From Patescibacteria group bacterium (GTDB lineage Bacteria; Patescibacteriota; Minisyncoccia; Phycocordibacterales; UBA9973): a DNA stretch of 64,000 nucleotides. The notes below the pieces were generated by a model. The model had not been told where the DNA came from and did not search any database. It saw only the letters and a program-made list of their open reading frames with translations. The translations under genes were made by a program, and so were the position numbers. The first letter of the stretch is position 1. Each line of letters begins with the position of its first letter. Positions 58,777-64,000 of the stretch are shown in pieces. The DNA lies in the NCBI GenBank assembly GCA_038063535.1, contig JBBTUV010000004.1, positions 20,530 to 84,529 of the forward strand. Reading direction: 5' to 3'.

Positions 58777-59481
58777 ATGGAAACGGCATACAAGGTGAAG
58801 ACCCGGGTATTTGAAGGGCCTTTCGGTCTACTTCTCGACCTGGTGGAGAAGAGAAAGCTTTTCATCAACGATGTCTCGCTTGCGGAAGTGACCGAAGACT
58901 ACCTGGCCTATGTAAAGACCGCGCCACCCGCGGAAATTTCGAGTTTCATCGTCGTCGCGGCCACGCTCATCCTCATTAAATCAAAGTCGCTCCTGCCGTC
59001 ACTTGATCTCTCGAGCGAGGAAGAGGGAGACATCCGAAGTCTCGAGGAGCGCCTACGGCTCTACGAACTTTTTCGCCGGCTCTCGGCCGGGGTGAAGAAA
59101 AGATTCGGGCAGGATATGATCTTTCACGCCGAAGAAAGAAAAAACGAAATGGTGGTATTCTTGCCCGATGAGCAGATCACCCGGGAGCGCATGATGGAGC
59201 TTGCGCGAGGCGTGATCGGCGCGATGCCGAAAGTTACAGCGCTTCCGGAAGTGCCGGTAAAAAAAATAGTGACGATCGAGGAGATGATAAAACGGCTCAC
59301 TGAGCGGATAGAAAAATCGATAAAAGTGAGCTTCAGAGATTTTACCCGCGGAGGCAAGGGGAAAGAAGGGAAAATCAGCACAATCGTGGGGTTCCTGGCG
59401 ATGCTCGAGCTCGTGCGGCAAGGACTGCTTCGTGCGGAGCAGGAGGGAAATTTTGAAGAGATAATGATAGAAAAAGCATGA
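58777..59481 (+). CDS. scpA: Segregation and condensation protein A
   Basis: 234 aa. FEGPFGLLLDLVEKRKLFINDVSLAEVTEDYL. Confidence 0.85.
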   Translation: METAYKVKTRVFEGPFGLLLDLVEKRKLFINDVSLAEVTEDYLAYVKTAPPAEISSFIVVAATLILIKSKSLLPSLDLSSEEEGDIRSLEERLRLYELFRRLSAGVKKRFGQDMIFHAEERKNEMVVFLPDEQITRERMMELARGVIGAMPKVTALPEVPVKKIVTIEEMIKRLTERIEKSIKVSFRDFTRGGKGKEGKISTIVGFLAMLELVRQGLLRAEQEGNFEEIMIEKA

Positions 59482-60026
59482 CCCTGGAAACTAAACTAGA
59501 AGCGATATTGTTCTTTAAAAATGAACCGCTCTCGATTAAAAAATTGGCGGAGATCTTGAAGGCTAAGGAAGGGGAAGTCAAAGATGCGATCTTCAATCTT
59601 AAACGGAATCTCGAGGGAAGGGGGATAGTCTTACAGGAGAAAGATGACGAGATCTCTCTCGGAACCGCCCGGGAGTATTCGGCCCTTATTGAAAATTTAC
59701 AAAAAGAGGAACTCTCCAAGGAGCTTTCGAAGGCATCACTTGAGGCGCTCTCCATCGTACTTTACAAAGGGGGAGCGAACCGCGCCGAGATCGACTATAT
59801 CCGAGGGGTTAATTCGAGCTTTACCTTGCGAGCGCTCTCGGTGCGAGGGCTCGTCGAGCGGATAACCGATCCCAGAGACGCTCGACGTTTCTTCTACCGG
59901 CCGAGTTTTGGTCTCTTGTCGTACCTCGGAATAAAATCAATCGAAGAGCTTCCAGAATTCGCTGAAGTGAACAAGGAACTTCTTGGCGCGGAGGAACAGG
60001 CGAAAGAGGCAGGAAAGGATGAATGA
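59478..60026 (+). CDS. scpB: Segregation and condensation protein B
   Basis: 182 aa. LEAILFFKNEPLSIKKLAEIL...SKASLEALSIVLYKGGANRAEIDYIRGV. Confidence 0.85.
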   Translation: MTLETKLEAILFFKNEPLSIKKLAEILKAKEGEVKDAIFNLKRNLEGRGIVLQEKDDEISLGTAREYSALIENLQKEELSKELSKASLEALSIVLYKGGANRAEIDYIRGVNSSFTLRALSVRGLVERITDPRDARRFFYRPSFGLLSYLGIKSIEELPEFAEVNKELLGAEEQAKEAGKDE

Positions 60027-60888
60027 TGATGCGGACAATCGTTTTCTCGTTTTTCTTTTGGCGTTTTTTCTTCTCGTAGCAGGATTGTTCTCAGCGGGCA
60101 ATTTCAAATCAAACGGAATAATTCGTTTGGAGGACATCCAAGCGATGCAAGCTGAAAGATCCCTTGCCGGGCTCGCACTCGAAGCAAAAGCAGTTTCGGT
60201 TTACGATTTCACCGCGAATAAAAAAATTTACGGGGGGGGCGACGAGCTGCCGCTTGCGATGGCGTCGCTTGCAAAGTCGATGACGGTTACGCTTGCGCTC
60301 AATGTTTTGGGTGAGGATGGTGCGGTACGCATTTCCAAAGAAGCGGTTTCTCAATCGGGGGATTTCGGGCTTACGGTCGGCGAGAGCTGGCGAGCGGGGG
60401 AGCTTGCGAAGCTTACCCTTATCGCTTCCGCGAACGACGGCGCTTATGCTCTGGCAGAGGCAGCCGGAGGAAATTTCTTGGATAAGATGAATGAGAAAAC
60501 GCGGAAAATAGGCATGGAGCACGCGGTCTTTCTCTCCGTGACCGGACTCGATGAATTGGAAGAGGGCGTCCCGGTCCTTGCCAGCGGGTTCGCATCAGCC
60601 TCAGACTTGAACACTCTCGCGTATTACGCCCTCCGCTCGCATCCGGAAGTTTTTACGGCTACAACCTCCGAAGGAGCCTATGGTTTTCAGAATACCAACC
60701 CCGCCGCGGGGAAAATCCCGAATCTTCTTTTTTCCAAAACCGGCTTCACTGATCTCGCCGGCGGGAACCTCTCGATAATTTTTAAAAATCGCGACGAGCA
60801 CATTATCGCCGTCACGATCCTCGGCTCCAGCTACGAGGGACGATTTTCCGACATGGAAAAGATCGTGAGCGTGTTGTATAGTGAGTAA
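60019..60888 (+). CDS. D-alanyl-D-alanine carboxypeptidase (S11, PBP5/DacB-like)
   Basis: The start is set at ATG 60019 (GGAAAGG upstream), with an N-terminal TM. SxxK (ASLAKSMT), SxN (ASANDGA) and KTG (SKTGFTD) are present. Confidence 0.75.
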   Translation: MNDDADNRFLVFLLAFFLLVAGLFSAGNFKSNGIIRLEDIQAMQAERSLAGLALEAKAVSVYDFTANKKIYGGGDELPLAMASLAKSMTVTLALNVLGEDGAVRISKEAVSQSGDFGLTVGESWRAGELAKLTLIASANDGAYALAEAAGGNFLDKMNEKTRKIGMEHAVFLSVTGLDELEEGVPVLASGFASASDLNTLAYYALRSHPEVFTATTSEGAYGFQNTNPAAGKIPNLLFSKTGFTDLAGGNLSIIFKNRDEHIIAVTILGSSYEGRFSDMEKIVSVLYSE

Positions 60889-60890
60889 AT

Positions 60891-62627
60891 ATGGAGGCAC
60901 AAACTAGAAAGTGCCAGAATTGTAAGCACGACTTCACTATCGAGCCCAACGATTTCGGTTTCTATGAAAAAATAAAAGTTCCCCCGCCGACATTTTGCCC
61001 TGATTGCCGAAGGCAAAGGCGTTGGGCTTGGAGAAACAATGTTTCGCTTTACAATCGCAAGTGCAATCTCTGTGAAAAATCTGTTATCTCGATCTATGCG
61101 CCTGATTCAGGGCTTACTATTTATTGCAATAAATGCTGGTGGAGCGACAAATGGGATCCGAAATCCTACGGCGTTGACTATGATTTTTCTAAACCTTTTT
61201 TCACGCAATTTCGAGAACTTTTACAAAAAGTTCCGCAAATGGCAATTGTAAATGACGACGGAATTGCATCGCTCAATTGCGAATACACGCATGATTGGTG
61301 GTTTTCTAAAAATTGCTACATGTGTATCTCGGGGTGGCACACAGAAAATACTATGTATAGTCACTTTATACTTGCAGGCAAAAATATGGTGGATTGTAAT
61401 ATTATTCGATCAGAGAGCGAATGGCTTTATGAATGTTTTATGTGTTCACATTGTTATCAAGTTAAAAACTCTGAATACAATCTTGCGTGCATAGATTCAC
61501 AATTCATTTTTGACTGCAGGGATTGCTCAAATTGTTTTATGTCATATGGGCTTCGTGGAAAAAAATATCATTTTAAAAATAAACTTTATTCTAAAGAACA
61601 GTACGAAGAGATTATAAAAAATTATAATTTAGATACTTGGGTTGGGGTTGAACAAGCTCAAAAAGAATTTGATTTATTTCTTCTTTCTTATCCTCGCAGA
61701 TTTACTCAAATTTTTCAGAGTCTCAACTGCACGGGCAACCTCATTTCTCAAGCAAAAAACTCAAAAAATTGCTTTATAGTAAAAAACGCAGAAAATTGCA
61801 GCTATTGTGATTATGTGGGAGACACTACAAAAACCACAAAGGATTGCTATGACCTTACGACCTCGGGGGGCTTGTCAGAAAGTTATGAGGGAATGGTTTT
61901 GGATCATTCCCAGCTAAATCTATTTGGAGTTTTTTCGGTCAAAAGCCAAGATATTCAATATACCCAGCATTGCCACAATGTGAAGCACGCGATTGGTTGC
62001 GTGGGGGTTCGGAGTTCAAATTATTGCATTTTCAATAAGCAATACACAAAAGAGGAGTATCAGAGACTTTTACCGAAAATTATAGAGCACATGAATGAGA
62101 TGCCATACACAGATAAGCAGGGGATAGAATATAAATATGGCGAATTTTACCCGATTGAACATTCGCCGTTTGGTTATAGCGAAACATTTGCACAAACACT
62201 TGTGCCATTAAAAAGAGAGGAAGCGCTAAAGAGGGGATACAAGTGGCAGGATAATATCCAGCGCACGACAGGGAAGGAAACTTTGAAGCCTAAGGATATT
62301 CCCGAATCAATCAATGACGTGAAAGACGATATATTAGAAGAAGTACTCGCCTGCATCGATTGCGGAAGAAATTACAAAATTGTCGTGAACGAACTCAATT
62401 TTTACCGAAAAATGAACATCCCGATCCCGCGCCGCTGTTTTCACTGCCGGCACGCCACGCGCCTGGCGCGGCAGAACCCGCTCAAGCTCTGGCACCGGCA
62501 GTGTATGTGCACCCTAGAAACTCATGACCACAGGGATAAATGCCCAAATGAATTTGAGACCAGCTACGCACCCGACCGACCAGAGATGGTTTACTGCGAA
62601 AAGTGCTACCAGAAGGAGGTATATTAA
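60891..62627 (+). CDS. Cys-rich protein with duplicated terminal zinc-ribbon modules and a Cys-repeat core
   Basis: 578 aa with more than 45 Cys. The N-terminal module (CQNC...FYEKIKVPPPTFCPDCRRQRRWAWRN...YAPD...IYCNKC) is homologous to the C-terminal module (CIDC...FYRKMNIPIPRRCFHCRHATRLARQN...YAPD...VYCEKC). The centre carries about 12 xNC/xDC repeats. The gene is AT-rich. Confidence 0.6.
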   Translation: MEAQTRKCQNCKHDFTIEPNDFGFYEKIKVPPPTFCPDCRRQRRWAWRNNVSLYNRKCNLCEKSVISIYAPDSGLTIYCNKCWWSDKWDPKSYGVDYDFSKPFFTQFRELLQKVPQMAIVNDDGIASLNCEYTHDWWFSKNCYMCISGWHTENTMYSHFILAGKNMVDCNIIRSESEWLYECFMCSHCYQVKNSEYNLACIDSQFIFDCRDCSNCFMSYGLRGKKYHFKNKLYSKEQYEEIIKNYNLDTWVGVEQAQKEFDLFLLSYPRRFTQIFQSLNCTGNLISQAKNSKNCFIVKNAENCSYCDYVGDTTKTTKDCYDLTTSGGLSESYEGMVLDHSQLNLFGVFSVKSQDIQYTQHCHNVKHAIGCVGVRSSNYCIFNKQYTKEEYQRLLPKIIEHMNEMPYTDKQGIEYKYGEFYPIEHSPFGYSETFAQTLVPLKREEALKRGYKWQDNIQRTTGKETLKPKDIPESINDVKDDILEEVLACIDCGRNYKIVVNELNFYRKMNIPIPRRCFHCRHATRLARQNPLKLWHRQCMCTLETHDHRDKCPNEFETSYAPDRPEMVYCEKCYQKEVY

Positions 62628-62651
62628 ACTCTAATCTGTTATAATTTCTAG

Positions 62652-63707
62652 ATGGATTTCATGAACCTGGTGAAGATATTTTTGCCTACGGCGGTGGCGT
62701 TCTTTCTAGGCCTCGCCTTTACGCCGATTGCGACACATTTTTTCTACAAATACAAGATGTGGAAAAAATACTCCAGGAACGGCGCGGTAGATGCGCCGGA
62801 TTTTCCCAGGATTCACGACGAGGTGAGGGAACTCAACACTCCGCGCATCGGAGGCATAATCGTCTGGACCTCGGCGCTCCTCACCACTTGCCTTTTTTCT
62901 TCGATTGCCGTACTTTGGCCTAATCCAGTCACCGAGAAGCTCAATTTTCTCTCACGTAGCCAGACCCTCATCCCATATTTTACCCTCCTTCTGGGGGCGA
63001 TGCTTGGCCTCTGGGAAGACCTGGCGCAGATCTATGGCGATGGGAAACTTGCCCGGGACGATTCCTCTTGGCGCAAATGGAAGGTGTTGCTTGTTTTTAT
63101 TCTCGCCCTTCTGGTCGGGGTCTGGTTTTTCTATAAGCTCGAGCTCACCGGATTTCACATTCCCTGGGGCGGTGAAATCGAGCTAGGTCTTTTGATCATC
63201 CCGTTTTTCGTATTGGTCGCGCTCTTCACTTGGTCTGGGTCCGTGATCGACGGCATCGACGGCCTCGGGGGCGGGGTGCTCGCATCCATCTTCGGTGCAT
63301 ACTCGGCGATTGCCTTTGCCAACAATCAGATCGATCTGGCCGCTTTCTCCGGAGTTATCACCGGGGCGCTTCTCGCATTCCTTTGGTTCAATATCCCGCC
63401 GGCGCGCTTCTATATGGGGGAGACGGGCATGATGGGGCTTACCATCACCCTGGCCACGCTCGCGTTCCTGACCGACTCGGTGCTCATCCTTCCGATCGTA
63501 TCTTTTGTTCTGGTGATTACGTCGCTTTCGGTGATCCTTCAGTTTTTTTCAAAAAAGTTCCGCGGCAAGAGGTTGTTTCGGCTGGCGCCACTCCATCACC
63601 ACTTCGAGGCGATCGGTTGGCCGCCGTACAAAGTGACAATGCGTTTCTGGGTGCTCTCTGTCGTTTTTGCGATTATCGGCATAATCTTAGCCATAATCAG
63701 CCGATAA
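62652..63707 (+). CDS. mraY: Phospho-N-acetylmuramoyl-pentapeptide transferase
   Basis: 351 aa and polytopic. DGIDGLGGG, FYMGETG and LAPLHHHFE. TGtTATAAT at 62637-62645 lies 6 nt upstream of the ATG. Confidence 0.9.
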   Translation: MDFMNLVKIFLPTAVAFFLGLAFTPIATHFFYKYKMWKKYSRNGAVDAPDFPRIHDEVRELNTPRIGGIIVWTSALLTTCLFSSIAVLWPNPVTEKLNFLSRSQTLIPYFTLLLGAMLGLWEDLAQIYGDGKLARDDSSWRKWKVLLVFILALLVGVWFFYKLELTGFHIPWGGEIELGLLIIPFFVLVALFTWSGSVIDGIDGLGGGVLASIFGAYSAIAFANNQIDLAAFSGVITGALLAFLWFNIPPARFYMGETGMMGLTITLATLAFLTDSVLILPIVSFVLVITSLSVILQFFSKKFRGKRLFRLAPLHHHFEAIGWPPYKVTMRFWVLSVVFAIIGIILAIISR

Positions 63708-63708
63708 A

Positions 63709-64000
63709 ATGAGGCACGCAAGGAGCGAAAGGAAAAAGAAGGTAGACAAATTTTTTCTGACCGTGGTCTTGCTCTTGGCGGGAATCGGGATCGCGATCTT
63801 TATCTCCGCCTCGCTCGGAGTGCTGGCCCGAAGTAAGGACACTTTTTATCAGGTCCTTATAAGCCAGATCGGGCTTGGGATTGGGCTCGGAATCGTCGCG
63901 ATGTATTTCACGAGTAGGATAAACTACAAATTCTGGCGCAAGTCCGCCCTGTTTATTTTTATCGGCACGCTCTTTCTCACCGCGGCGGTTTTTATCCCAT
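63709..64000 (+). CDS. FtsW/RodA/SpoVE-family glycosyltransferase (5' part, runs off window)
   Basis: The frame from ATG 63709 stays open to the window end: MRHARSERKKKVDKFFLTVVLLLAGIGIAIFISASLGVL...QIGLGIGLGIVAMYF. This is a SEDS-type N-terminus, and the gene follows mraY. Confidence 0.7.
   Translation, partial: MRHARSERKKKVDKFFLTVVLLLAGIGIAIFISASLGVLARSKDTFYQVLISQIGLGIGLGIVAMYFTSRINYKFWRKSALFIFIGTLFLTAAVFIP

Overview
This 64-kb chromosomal segment looks like a reduced-genome Patescibacteria/CPR (Parcubacteria-like) bacterium. That placement is an inference from gene content: T4SS-pilin-like mini-proteins, domain-trimmed essential enzymes, very short intergenic regions and weak Shine-Dalgarno use. 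Most of the window is housekeeping. It holds infB-rbfA, clpB, typA, the infA-rpmJ-rpsM-rpsK-rpsD-rpoA-rplQ-rplM-rpsI block, grpE, four aaRS genes (alaS, trpS, aspS and their neighbours), dnaB, recR, scpAB and cell-wall genes (mltG, mrdA, dacB-like, mraY, ftsW/rodA). It also holds six tRNAs and a 13-kb purine/guanine nucleotide biosynthesis supercluster. No rRNA, CRISPR array, transposase or integrase was seen. The best hunt targets are listed below. (1) A roughly 2.9-kb compositionally mosaic island (50760-53640) sits between trpS/trpR-like and aspS. It contains a 22-bp perfect palindrome with the same ACTAGT-N2-ACTAGT geometry as the E. coli trp operator, an orphan 478-aa protein with foreign codon usage, a very AT-rich 136-aa ORF, and a GC-rich, hairpin-dense non-coding stretch of 0.36-0.55 kb. 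That stretch has its own promoter-like element and a strong intrinsic terminator, and its identity is unresolved. (2) Promoter architecture is pervasive: a TGnTATAAT-type -10 box lies 6-10 nt upstream of start codons at about 20 sites, upstream of three gene pairs separated by only 17-24 bp, and upstream of mature tRNA 5' ends. This implies largely leaderless transcripts. (3) A 578-aa Cys-rich protein with homologous N- and C-terminal zinc-ribbon modules is embedded in the cell-wall cluster. (4) A tandem array of pilin-like genes lies next to an SPFH operon. All functional calls rest on reading the translated ORFs and recalling family motifs. No database search was run.
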